Source: Schmidtea polychroa (Eukaryota). Taken from it: a DNA stretch of 64,000 nucleotides. The position numbers and the translations under genes were made by a program. The notes under the pieces are model-generated. The model did no database searches and had not been told where the DNA came from. It saw only the letters and a program-made list of their open reading frames with translations. Position 1 is the first letter of the stretch, and each line of letters begins with the position of its first letter. The DNA lies in the NCBI GenBank assembly GCA_044892525.1, contig CM097885.1, positions 235,786,001 to 235,850,000 of the forward strand, read 5' to 3'. Below are positions 51,343 to 63,930 of this stretch, piece by piece.

Positions 51343-51480
51343 CGCATGAGCCCGTGGTGATGTTCCACGTTGGTGCTGCTCACACGGGTTGGAAAAGGTT
51401 AGCAGGTGAGCCTCTGCCTTAAGACTACTCCTAACCCTTTCTCGATACGGGTTCTACGGTGCCTTAGAAGGTCTTACCCC
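51343..51480 (-). other. Conserved structured motif of long LTRs, copy 2
   Basis: Alignable to 4021-4160; stems TAAGAC/GTCTTA, TTCTA/TAGAA and CGTGG/CCACG. Confidence 0.6.
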
Positions 51481-51746
51481 GTCCCACATACACAATTCGG
51501 TCCGACCCTGGTCCAAGGGGACGACCTTGTATTATCACCTACATTCGACATCATCTTTCCACTCGTATCAACTTCGATATCTCACCTGTTAAAATCAATC
51601 ATCAGAAACAATAAAAGATGTATTAACTTATAACAAATCATTACACGCAGAGAAATCAAGAACTGTTTTACATGTAAACATACAGCATTTATAAACACGC
51701 AAGTTCACTTCGGGACCATGCATAGAACAAGGCACCTTTGAATTGA

Positions 51747-52508
51747 TCAATCGAAGGGTTCTCCATCCGCAAGCATTGCGTCGATATCGACCGGCAGTCG
51801 TGGGTTAGAAATGTACTTGATGCCTTCTGCCGGTATTACACGAAAGATTTCCTTTGATGGAATGGAATGGCTGGAGGATATTTCTCTTATGGTAGATTGA
51901 GCTACAGATAGTGACGCCTCGAGAGCAGCCATCGCATCTCGGCGTTTCTGATTTTTCTCGGCTCGGGTCGGCCGTTTCCGTTTGCGAGACGACGGGGGAT
52001 TGTCAGTGTGCGGGGTGACGACGGTTGTCCCCAAGATTGGAGCCAAGATGGGCTCGGTAGGTCTACCTACCAAAGGTTGAGAACCCGATAAGATTGGAGC
52101 TGGAATGGGCGGTAGGCACGATCCATGCCCTTGGCAGCTCGTAGCAGTCGGTTCGGATACTTGATGATGGAGAGGGAAAACGTTCAGTTTCTCTATGACG
52201 GGAAATTCCCGTACCCGCTTGGCGAGTTCTGCCTCCGTATAAACCTTGTGGAGGGCTTCTGATTGGGCTTTGATTGTAAGCCGTTGGCATCGGCTTTCCT
52301 CCAGCAAGCTATCTCTACAATGTTCTAGCCGGAGGATTTTCTTTCGTTCCTCCTTCATTTGTGGCGGGGAGAACCACGTGCCTTCGTAAAGGTCGATTCT
52401 TTTCTTTAAAGCCCCGATGTATAGATGGAGCTGCGCGATATCTGCATTTTTATCCGCGCAGGAGAAACATGGGCGAAGAGTTTTCTCAGCAGTTGTAGGA
52501 GTAGTCAT
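51747..52508 (-). CDS. LTR-encoded hypothetical protein (253 aa): CxxC + predicted coiled coils, Pro-rich linker, basic NLS-like patch
   Basis: Intact, visibly GC-rich ORF in AT-rich DNA. The ATG follows directly after a TTCTCATTCTTTAG acceptor. No family recognised. Confidence 0.65.
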   Translation of the reverse strand: MTTPTTAEKTLRPCFSCADKNADIAQLHLYIGALKKRIDLYEGTWFSPPQMKEERKKILRLEHCRDSLLEESRCQRLTIKAQSEALHKVYTEAELAKRVREFPVIEKLNVFPLHHQVSEPTATSCQGHGSCLPPIPAPILSGSQPLVGRPTEPILAPILGTTVVTPHTDNPPSSRKRKRPTRAEKNQKRRDAMAALEASLSVAQSTIREISSSHSIPSKEIFRVIPAEGIKYISNPRLPVDIDAMLADGEPFD

Positions 52509-53143
52509 CTAAAGAATGAGAAGTCCTTTATTTACATCATTAAAATCCTTTCTACTATTTATTTTCTCTTTATCGTGAGCTTTATCCTACCACATATGCA
52601 TACAATCAGGATTGTCCCCCCACATCCATACCTTTGACATCACTTAACTCATCCAAACCGTAAACCTTCAAATCGACTCATCACATCGTTCGTAATGAAG
52701 AGAAAATGAGAACCATCACACGTTATTTCTCTACTCATATTGATATTGTACCTAGGTTCCTGGGTCGACAGTTATCATCTAATCGCAATAAGTTACTCCT
52801 TACTACTAATATATTTTTTCACTTTTATTTATTATGACCTATTGAAGGTGGGTCTACTCCCTGGTTTTTATGGCTTATTGAGTTATGCCTGCTTTAATTT
52901 AAAAGAAGTAGTTCCATGCTGTTGATACATTTTTGCGCTGTGTTAGGTTAAAACGAATTCGTTAAAATTTATTACAAGTATTTATTTTCCCTCATAAATT
53001 ACAATTTAATTATTTAAATTTTCGCATTTTATGTTGTCATAACGACGCATATTGGTATGTAGTTGTGTACTGGTTTCAGACTCTACCTGATGTGCGCTAA
53101 TGTGTATTATCTCGTTTTACTCAATTATCGCTGTCCTCTCTTA

Positions 53144-54030
53144 CACCAAACACCACTGAGATACATTCTCTATAGTGGTGGTTGGCGTGTAAAGCAATTC
53201 ACTCACTGTATTTACCGATTGGCTATATTTACCAATTAATCATCATCAATTTGAATATGAATTTGATGTTTTTTGGAAATTTATTTTAGCCATTTTAGAA
53301 ATGGCTTTCAGGTAAGATATTTAATTTTAAGTAAAGTTTAAGTCTTGAATTTTGATCCATATAGATATGAGATCATTATTCAAGTTCTTAAATATTACTT
53401 TTAATCAACAATATAATTATAAATTATTTTTAATTAATTTTCAGGCTTTTTAGGAATTTTATGTCTTTTACTAAAGTATTTTGGAATTATTTCGAAAAAA
53501 TGTGAGTCCAATATATTTTTAATTATAATTAATTAAATAAATAAATCAATCAATGTATTTTTTTAAAACATTTTGGGAAAAATCGCTGATTAGAATAATT
53601 TTTTTAATTTTTGTAATTTTTTTTCTGAGCTCAATATGAGGGGATTCTTAAAGGAAATCAAATCTGGAGTAAAAAGATTTTGAACCAAATTCATCTGCTC
53701 TTGATATTTTCATTAAAAATATAATTTAAAAAATTTTCAACGATCTTTTTTTTCTAAAAATTGTCTAAAATAGAATTATTATAGAAATGTATCTCATCGT
53801 TACAATTTTACGAATCAAAAGTTTGTATGTATTTTTTATTATGTGTTGTGCTTGTGTGCATTTTTTAATTTTCCTTCCACTTTTCAGATTTCTATAATAT
53901 AAGATGTATCTCATTGAGCTATAAATGAGAACATCAACGTGAAATCAAAGTAAGTATGTATGTTTCTATAATGTAAGATTATTGATTTTTTTGTTATATT
54001 ATAGGAAATGCATCTCAGTGGTGTTTGGTG
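53144..54030. mobile_element. DNA transposon MITE (887 bp) nested in the long LTR
   Basis: TIR CACCAAACACCACTGAGAT(A/G)CATT, flanked by TA on both sides. Confidence 0.8.
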
Positions 54031-55217
54031 TAACAAATTCTAGACATTGTGTCTGTTAGTGTACTTTGATCTCGTCGCTTATTTATGCATGCCTACTAAC
54101 ACATTCTACTATGACGCAATGATGATGTCGACTCACTCACGTCCCATGTATTAGTGGATTTATCTGTGTGTGGGTTTGGGTCTGCTTATCTCAGTTATAG
54201 CATTATTAGCAGATGGGCTAGACGAACGGAATATAAGGAGTCAGACCTATAGAAATAACGATTGTTATGATTTCAAGATTGCCCAAATCTGTTACCGGGT
54301 AAAAATGGATTTAACTCCTATCTCTCTCGTGAATGTTGACTATTCTCAAAAACCTAATCGTCTCATCTATTTGGCGCATGTCGTTCCACAATCGAACCGC
54401 TGGAATATTTTATCTACGCTACTTGCTTCTCTACAATAGTCGTTTCTCGATCAGATGGAAAATTTATCGATAATTTGTTCGAAATGGTCGATGATAATTT
54501 CCTTTAGGACTGTAGTAAGTACCTATGATTAATTAGAACTTTGCTGTTTACTTTCCTGTCAGGACGAATCCTTCTCGATGACAGTAGTTAATCGAAGGTT
54601 GATAACTAAGTCTCCTACTCGTCAAATGACATATCACCGCGATGGGTTTACTCGCTAACGTTCTCTTAATTTATCAATTCTTAGGAATGTAGAATATTCT
54701 AGATTTTTATCATTCATCAAGAAACGAAAATGGACGTTAGAATTATCAGTGAAGTTCGAGAATTTCATTACCCTCAAGGATAGTCGATATTCACATCCTG
54801 ACGAAAAGAAGTAACCTAGCTCTGAATTGAATATGGCCGAACTCAAACTCGGATTAAATATCGAAAAATGTCGTCGATCTCCTAGAATTTTCAGTCAGCA
54901 CGTTGTCGGCATCGAAAACAGTATCGTTCAGAAGTTTCCTCAATAGAAAGCTTTCGACGGCTAATTTTATAGATAGCACTCGATGAAAAGATCATTGACT
55001 CGATTCGTTTTCTCTCACAGGGTTTCCTCACCCCTCGCAACCCACCCAAGGACAGTACGCATTTCTGCCTACTGCCCTTGGACCGTCGTGAAGGACAACT
55101 CGACCCGACTTATCTCAAATCCTTCTCCAATAATGTGCAATTAATAAATTCATATTACTGTCAAACAAATATGGGAATAATGAAATTAAAAGAAAAATCA
55201 AATAAATAAATGTTTAC

Positions 55218-55277
55218 CTGGCGGCCACGCCATCTGGATTCCGGGTATGATGACTCTTACTAACGTGGGTTTTTATA
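55218..55277 (-). promoter_or_regulatory. Putative LTR promoter: TATA, Inr-like start and splice donor
   Basis: Minus TATAAAAA at 55277-55270, TCAT Inr-like ~55251-55248, donor CAG|GTAAAC at 55218/55217. Confidence 0.5.
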
Positions 55278-58138
55278 CTCCTTTGGTAATCATTGTAATA
55301 CTAATATCCATGCAGACACTTGGCTGGTTCTGTCAATACAATTTCTGGGTATTCACATTCATAAGCTCTCTCTGAAATGCATACGTAATTTAGCCGCATC
55401 ATACCCGAACTCCAAAAGGCGTCGTCGCCAGCATCATAGAGAGAAAGCAACGTCTTTTGTTTTTAAATATAAATTTTATTGAAACATAAAACGTCTGTTG
55501 ATATTAAATTCATAGTAAACATTAAAATTATCATACTAAAATTCAAAACATAATTTACCAAAATTCTCCGAAGGTGTTGGGATTGAAATCAAAGTTTTGT
55601 CAAATTTTTCCTTAGTTAGACTGGTTCTTCTCAACTGGATTCGATCTCGACTATTATTTGCCTCTAAGTACTATCTGTTATGTCCAAGTATGAATATCGT
55701 TCGTAAGTCTGTGCTCGTGAGTGGTTCCTAGCTTCGTCCTGTAGAGTTTCGGGTTAGAATGATGATGATTTTAAATAAATTTTACCTGTAGAGTTTCGGG
55801 TTAGAATGATACTCTACAGAGTTTTGTTGCTCTTTATATATTATTTTCCGTCCAATCAGGACACACCTTGCTTGTAATTTTGTTATTTATTATTATTTTA
55901 TGTTTTTCTTATCGTAGTATATTATATTTTAATGACCCTACCTATTTCTATTATTGTTTTATTTATTTTCCTATTTTTTATTATTTTTCTCCTATTTTTC
56001 TGTGGTTTTATTGCTATTTTATTGTAACTTCATTTTTTGTTTTAATTAACCTTATGGATGATTTTATTTTTATTTTGTTTTTCCTTTAGTTTTCGTTTGT
56101 TTTTCTTAAATTTTGTGCCATTTTATTTCTCTTTTACTGTTGTGCTCATTGGGTGCCTTCCCTTTTGTCTTATTTCCCCTTTACAGGTTTTGTTATTTTA
56201 TTTAGTTATTCTTGTTTCTTTATGGATGTTTAATTTGTTTCTCCTATGTTTCCCGTAATTTTTATATGTTTTTATTTTATTTACTCTATCTCTTCCTGGG
56301 TTCGTTTTTCCAACACCNNNNNNNNNNNNNNNNNNNNNNNNNNNNNNNNNNNNNNNNNNNNNNNNNNNNNNNNNNNNNNNNNNNNNNNNNNNNNNNNNNN
56401 NNNNNNNNNNNNNNNNNNNNNNNNNNNNNNNNNNNNNNNNNNNNNNNNNNNNNNNNNNNCAACCAGATAAGAAAGGGGTAATTCAACTCGATTATGCCAA
56501 TTATTGCCCAATGTACGTATCACCTGTTAAACGAAATTCTTTTTTTTATAAAATATTATTTGGAACCACCAAAGTTTTACTTTTTTCCTGAATGAATCAT
56601 CTCCAAAAGGCATCAAAGATAAATGGATAAACTCAGAAATGGCCTTTCGAAGTCAACAAATTTTTTTAAAATTTAATATTTACTAGTTAATAAAAACCAA
56701 TTTTTATACTTGAATTAATTAATTATTTTAATATTAGTAGTTAATTAAACCGATTAATTAATTAATTTACAAAATATTATTTTATTATTATATATTATCT
56801 CATTATTGATCAATTACTTTATGCATTTACTTTCCTGGTCAAAATTATTCAATTAATTATTTCATTGATTTTGTGTCGATTTTTATATATAGAAATAATT
56901 AAAATTGATTGATTTATTTATTAATTAATTGTATCAATCTGATATGTAAGAAATATTCAATGGTAAAATAAAATTCGTTAGGAAATTTATTTGAATAAAA
57001 AATATCTACGGAAAGCAGAGAAAATTATTAAAATTATTTCGCAACCGGAATTCGATAACTGATTAATTAAAAATGATAAATATTTCTTCCGTGTTAAATA
57101 CATAACTAAAAATGCATTGATTTGAAAAAAAATAAAAGAAGATCAACGAAAATATTCATATACGACTCCAGTAAAACAAAAGTGACACTAATATTATTAA
57201 TTAAATAGAAAAGGTGCTGTGTCACAGTATCGAATTAACGTTCCAAGCTAGCCTGGAGCGAGATTTCACCACCAGTCACTAGCAAATTCAATTTAGTTCA
57301 AATCAGACAAATTCTCTGATATCTGAAACAATTAGCAGACCCCTTTTGATTAAAAGAACGAACTGAACGACCTCGACGGTCTACTCTAGTTTCCTATTGG
57401 AATGTAGTCGGCTTCTATAGACGCAAAGCAGATTCGCCTCGGGCGATAATCGTCAATTGACTAGGATGACGGAAATTATTATTTTTTTCATTATACTACT
57501 CACATAATTGATTTAACCTTTGAATAATGGATAATTATTATGTTAACCGAGGATGGGAAAAATTTCAGATTTTGTTGTATTTTATAGCCATTCCCATTGA
57601 TATTTACCTCTCTCCAGTGAGATCAAATATTTTTTATCAAAAATTTCAAGTGAAAAAACAGTGCTGAAAATTTGTGTTACATTGGAAAAAATTATCTATA
57701 TATTTGTAATAAAAATAAATGAAATGTTAAAAGAATAAAAAAGGATTTTATTGAATTTTAAAATTTAAATTATTAAATTTTTTTTCGTTGATTTTGTTTT
57801 AGTGTAAAATGTTAGTATTAAGTTTTAAGTTCTCGTGAATAATAAAAAAAGAACATCCGGGCTGTATAAAATTGTGTAGGTTTTGCTAAAATAAGTAGTA
57901 CATGTTATGCATTGAGTACATGAGTGGATAAAGAATTTTTTTCTGGGACAGGCAGCTTAATAAATTATAGAGAAACAAGTAAATATATTTTACATTTCCC
58001 TCCTTTTTTTCACTAATCTAATTAAGTTCTCATGAAATTAATATTTTATTTTTATTCAAAATAATTGAATTGAAGATTCTCCTTGCGTAATTATATTATT
58101 AGTCATAAGTATAGAACACTGCAAATACTTTTCATTAA

Positions 58139-58468
58139 CAGGGCCGCCCCAAGCAGGGGTACGAGGGGTACACTGGAGGAAGGCGACATGTCTTGAGAGG
58201 AGGGTTGCAGGCGATAAATATTTTTGTGAAGAAATACTTATTGTCCAATCTTATTACGTACGTTGTGTGGTTTAAACATACTACTTATTAATTAAATAGG
58301 TATAACCAGTATATTTATGTATGTAAATAAATACTACAAAAAATACGTCATTCATAACATTTTTAGTGTTAAGATATTATTTAGCCAACGTTGTCCTTAC
58401 AGATATAAAACTATTATTTATATTATTATATGTTAAATATTAAATGTAAGTACCTTGGTGTGGCCATG
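58139..58468. mobile_element. hAT MITE (330 bp)
   Basis: 8-bp TSD TTCATTAA (58131-58138, 58469-58476); imperfect TIR CAGGGCCGCCCC / CATGGCCACACC. Confidence 0.8.
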
Positions 58469-58689
58469 TTCATTAATTATTCAAATTTATCTTTAAAACA
58501 ATGCAACGAACATTAATAACAAGCCACGTTATTAAGATATTTGTACATGAATGACTGTTTATTATTACTTTTCAAAATAAAAAATTTACAGTTATTACAT
58601 GGCACTTAAATGTGAGTGACAGCTTTATGCAATAAAAGCTGCCAAAACTGCATTACCATTATATAAACATTTGAAAAAATCTTATGGAA

Positions 58690-59030
58690 AAATCATTATG
58701 GGAAATCAAATTATATGGCATCATTTTTGCATGGATCCATTTGTATTTCATCGTTTAGCAGATAACTTGTACAGTCCAATTTCTTTGTGATTTCAAATGG
58801 TCCGTACAATCTATCTTCACCTTTAATCAACGCTTTATTACAACTATTTATGAATTGTAATATTATTTTGATATCTTTGATATCTATTATAACTTGTTGT
58901 CTATTGTAATTTCTCGTTATCTCCTTTGCCCATTCTCTGGTTATTTTAATTTTAGAATCTTCCCAATAGTTTTCTGTAATGTAACTTTCATCGTAACTTC
59001 TATTTCTATCAATGTCTCGCCTTAATTCCT
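58690..59030 (-). mobile_element. Possible gypsy integrase C-terminal remnant
   Basis: Open stretch with RLYGPFEITKKLDCTSYLL resembling the GPY/F motif. Weak. Confidence 0.3.
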
Positions 59031-60679
59031 AAATCGAATAATTATTTGATCATTTTGAATTTAAATGTCTTTCTAAATACTAACAATATTTTTCTAGGAT
59101 TACACAATCTTAAAATCCTAATAAAGATTTATCTGCCAAATTCTGNNNNNNNNNNNNNNNNNNNNNNNNNNNNNNNNNNNNNNNNNNNNNNNNNNNNNNN
59201 NNNNNNNNNNNNNNNNNNNNNNNNNNNNNNNNNNNNNNNNNNNNNNNNNNNNNNNNNNNNNNNNNNNNNNNNNNNNNNNNNNNNNNNNNNNNNNNNNNNN
59301 NNNNNNNNNNNNTTGACAAGAACTATCTTATAGTCGAAAATCTTTTCATTAAATACATTATTTGCCGCAAAAGGCTTAAANNNNNNNNNNNNNNNNNNNN
59401 NNNNNNNNNNNNNNNNNNNNNNNNNNNNNNNNNNNNNNNNNNNNNNNNNNNNNNNNNNNNNNNNNNNNNNNNNNNNNNNNNNNNNNNNNNNNNNNNNNNN
59501 NNNNNNNNNNNNNNNNNNNNNNNNNNNNNNNNNNNNNNNNNNNNNNNNNNNNNNNNNNNNNNNNNNNNNNNAATATTTAAAGATATAAATATTTACCAAT
59601 TCCTTCAAAGTATTGTTCGATTTATTTAATAGTTTATATGTTTGTCATCTAAAAAATGAGTTTTAAACCAAAAAAAATCTTTCGATTGGCTCTGAAAATG
59701 ATTTTCGGATATTTAACTCTCAAATAAAGCATTTAATTTTCTTGGGTCCTTCGGAGATCTGCAAATATTATTTAAAATCTTCCTATTGTTTCTGGATTCA
59801 TCAAAAAAAGCTGAAAATATTCTAATAAATTAAAACTTATCAAGAGTAAATTAAGATCAGAAATTTACATGTAATGTTGGAAAGCACGTCTTCTAGCTTC
59901 CTGTGAAGTAGATAAAACTATTTGATTGAACTTTAAAACTTAACAGATTCTCAACTATGGACAAGAAACGCATTATCCTAATGTATATTTCTAACTTGCT
60001 TGCTGTGAGTAACATCATTCATGCTACCATTGCAATAAGCTCACATACTTCTTTATATAATCATACAATAAATCTGTTTTAAAGTATTTCATTGTGAGAG
60101 AGTAAAAATCACGGTGATATAAAGTCCAATAAAAATTTAAAACTTAGTCAGCAGTAATTGTAGCATGATGTGACTTCTCCCCTACGCTACTTTGTATAAA
60201 TACCTGTTTAATAATAGAAACCTTTAAGTTACATTTCAGATCACATGTTTCCGAAATTTTGTTACCATGACTATTAGATAGAAATTCAAATCAGTGAATT
60301 AAATTGATTTAAACTCATTTTTAAAGTAATAAATTTGTACATAGAATTTGGAAAAGATATCATGTTATTGATTAAATTTAAAATTTGAAAAATTGTGTAA
60401 AAATTTAATTAATTATATAACAATTATGTAATAAGACTGTCATATGTTTAAATAATTTATAATAAATTATTCTATGTTTGTTTGAATGATTAGATGCCGA
60501 AATCCTACTTATTCATTATTTATTATTTTAGAAAAACTCAAAAAAATTATCCATTTGTTTAAATATTATTGTTCTTCAATAAAAATCATTATTAGAATTA
60601 AAATGATTTTATGGATTCTATAAATATTAAAAGCCCTGTGACTAGGACTGAGTTAAAACGCTTAGTTGCTCTAAAGTTA

Positions 60680-62797
60680 AGTGGTAATGCTAAGTGGTCT
60701 ATATTTGGGATGTAATTGGTTACTTTTAAAGCAACACAAGTCTCGGAATTGTCACTAGCCATTCTGTTTCTGCCAGAAACTTTCTGGTTTTGGTTAAAAT
60801 TACATTCATTTGAGAAAATAAGAATTCGCAAAAGTAAGTTGAAGGAAATACTGTTAATACAGCTATTGCTAGCTTTTTTAATGATGAAAACTGATTTGGA
60901 AGACTTTGCCACAACTTTAGAACTTCATCGTCCATGTTAAATGTTATATCATTTTCTCTTAATTGACTTTCGACCATTATTCTAAAATCTACAAATTTTT
61001 CACGCCAAATCAAACTGGCTTGGAATTCTAGCAGTTCACTATCGAAATCGTCAAAGTCTAGCATTCTAAATTCACCGAAATTATTGTCCGGAATAAACTT
61101 GTCAGGATATCGGATAAACTTAATTAAATGTTCGATTCTTTTAATATGTTGGAATCGATTTTCAAATGATTCTTGTGTACTTTATATAATTTTACGAAAT
61201 TCAACAAAAATATCTTGTAGGTTTTTTTCTCCTATGTCAGTATTTTTGAAAAAAAATTTAAATTTGGAAAATATTTCAATTCTTCATAATTTGTTTCTAA
61301 TTTTTTTAAGTCATTTTCAATTAATTTTAGTTTCATTTCAAAAGTATTAATGTGTCCAAATAAAATATCCAATGATTTTCCATAACCTTGCAGTTTCTTG
61401 TTTAATTCATTCAAATTTATAGTAAAATCAGTTAAGAACATTAACTTTAGTAACCATCTAGTATCGGTAAGCTCTGTAATTATTTTTTTTGTCATGTAAA
61501 AAAAGACGAATTTCATCCAAGCATAAAACAAATCTTTCCAAAGATAATGCGCGACTAAGCCATCGAACGTGATACAATGAAAACCCAAAACAGGGTGACC
61601 GATTTCATTTTGTAGTAATACTTGGAATCCTGAATCTTTACCTACCATACTGGGGCACCCATCAGTAGAAATTGAGCATATTTTTTTAATATCAATGTTC
61701 GAATCAATTAATGAATTTTTTACAATTTCAAAAATGTCAACGACCCTTGTTCGCTCTGGCCAAGTTTCCAACTTTAATAATTCTTCACGCATTTTTCCTT
61801 CTGTAGTATATCGTACAGTTATTGCTAGCCTTGTATCTAAGTTGATATCCGTACTTTCATCAACGCCGATAGCGAATAACTCAGATGAGCAAATATCTGA
61901 TTTTAACTGGGAAAAATTATTTTCCCGTAATTTTGATATTCTATCTTTAACCGTATTTGGGCTCAGTTGAACGTTTTTAATGCGCATGATTATTTTATCT
62001 TTATTATCGAAGTCTTCAAAAAGTTTTTCAGCACAATTCAAAAGAGTATTTTTCAAAAAATCACCATCAGTAAATGGTTTTCTGTGTTTAGCAATTTCGT
62101 TTGCTATATTAAAACTAGCGGCAGTTATATTACTTGTCGATTTTACAAATTTGTTCATATTACTTGATTGGCAGTGAAGATTCTCAATTTTTTTCGAAAA
62201 ACATTGTTTTCTTTCTTCCAAATTTAATTTTGCAATCGATGAATGGCTGGATTCAAAATGACGTTTAACTGATGATGTACGAAAAACTACAGATATGATA
62301 CATAAAACACAATGTGCTTTGCCATTCTTTTCAATCATCCCATAAAGAAATTTCCAAGAATCTTGAAATGAATATTTACGATTATCTGTTGAAGTTTTAT
62401 TCATTTTGAACGGCTAATAATAAAAACCAAACTAAAATAAAAACTTAACAAAAACAAAAAAAACTTATTAAATGTAATTCAGTGAAATATTCTTAAAGTT
62501 TTCTGAGCGAATTTTTTCAAACGTTTTCGTTTTCTTTATTATTATAATATTCAAAATATCAAAAAAAGATTATATTTTTAAACAAAAAACTAGGACTAGG
62601 TAAAGCACAAATATTTCTAACAAACAAAAAAAATCAGTAAATAATAATACAACTCACTGAAATATCAAAAAATTATCTTAATGATTGAAAGTAAAAAAAA
62701 TAAATAATAAAATCTATATTTGCGACAAAATTTATTTTTTCATATTTTTATCATGCGTGCCAATCTTGGCACGCGTGCCACGTAATTGCGAACACTG
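60680..62797 (-). mobile_element. hAT transposon (Charlie/Buster/SPIN group, GTF2IRD2-like transposase), internally deleted and frameshifted
   Basis: BED-like CVLC...KRHFESSH, AIGVDESTD, ISTDGCPSM, FHCI, LNELNKKLQG and FPSTYFCEFLFS. 5' terminus CAGTGTTCGCAA ends at 62797; the other terminus was not found. Confidence 0.9.
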
Positions 62798-63369
62798 CTC
62801 TAAACACTAATTTTGGTGGCCGTTTACACTTGCAATTCAAAATATTTAAACAAATATAAACCATAAAATAAAATTTTATTTCTCAAAAATTCGAAATGTA
62901 AGCAAAACTTACAGTAAGAGCTAAAATAATATTTATTTTTTACGTTTCCATTTTATTTATGCCTTAATAATTTTCTCCTACGTCTTTTCCTTGCAAAGTT
63001 TTTGATCAAACTTTCATAATCAATCTTACCGTAAAGTGACTAGATATTTTTTGTTGGAATAATGAGGGACATTTTTAAATTAAAACCGCATAATCCGGGT
63101 AGTCTGGTCATTTTAAACTAAATCTATGTACGAATACACACTAAAAACGTCTACATTGAGGAATAATATGACAAGAAAACTATTTTTATTTCTTCGCTAG
63201 AAGAATGTGTATATTTCATATTTAAATTGTATAAAGACTGTATACTGATTATTTAATCCAGCTGATTATATTGTAAACAACTTACAATGTACAATATTCT
63301 ATTATATAACTATACATTTTATGGGGAAAAAATACAAATAAAGTAAAAAAGATTAAATCTTTTATTTAC

Positions 63370-63930
63370 ATTTCCTGTTCCACTGAACTTATGGCACACA
63401 CATAAAAAGACTGCTGAAGTTCAGAAGAGAAGTTGCTGTTAAAGTTCTCTAGGTAAGCATCAATCAGTTTTTTCAGCACTGAGAATACCTTTCTTTGTTA
63501 GTAGATGATAAGGTGACATTATATGGATCATCGAAAATTGTTCTGCTATTTCTTTGTATGTCTCTTCTCTTCTTTTCATCTCGGTTGCAAGTTTGTCAAG
63601 AATTGTGCAAAAGATGACGATATGAAATTTATCTGTCATTCAGATATACTGGTATGTTTCCATCATTGGTTAGCTTCTTTATGGTACGTAGCATTGCCAA
63701 GCAGCATTCTCATTAAACTGATCCCTGCACTTTGAAAAATTTAGCCTACAAGCTTCACGTAAGTACTGCAACAGTTGGTTTGCCATTTTCTCGCCAGTGT
63801 GGCTTTCTTTTTTCCAGAAAGGCTAAAAAGTGTTCAATAGGCTGTCCATCTTTTAAATACTTAAGTACAACACTTAACTGATCTATATGTATCAAACTAT
63901 CGGACTGGTGAATATCGGGTTCGCGGACCA
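63370..63930 (-). mobile_element. hAT (Tip100/ZMYM1-like) transposase remnant
   Basis: HIDQLSVVLKYLKDGQPIEHFLAFL..SHTGEKMA...CRDQFNENAA (compare CRGQSYDNAA). Confidence 0.7.

Larger units (their letters stand above)
51216..56315 (-). mobile_element. Very long LTR (~5.1 kb; ~4.2 kb without the nested MITE), probably the 3' LTR of a giant gypsy element continuing into the gap
   Basis: TGTTGG(51216)...CCAACA(56315), the same termini as solo LTR 3910-5764, with a shared motif near the left end. The right flank is CC then Ns (GG on minus, PPT-compatible). No TSD checkable. Confidence 0.72.

Noticed and set aside
51343-51480. Match of the LTR motif to tRNA/SINE B-box, U1/SL RNA, group I/II intron, HDV, twister or pistol ribozymes
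   Set aside because: Only short word matches (GGTTCTA, AGACTA, CAGGTGAG); the required core elements and order are missing.
55868-56523. Several F/L/I/Y-rich ORFs
   Set aside because: T-rich low-complexity LTR sequence and N-gap translations.
59572-60600. Possible left terminus of the 60680-62797 hAT element and a decayed coding stretch
   Set aside because: No CAGTGTT end or CTCTAAAC TSD found; the translation is unrecognisable.
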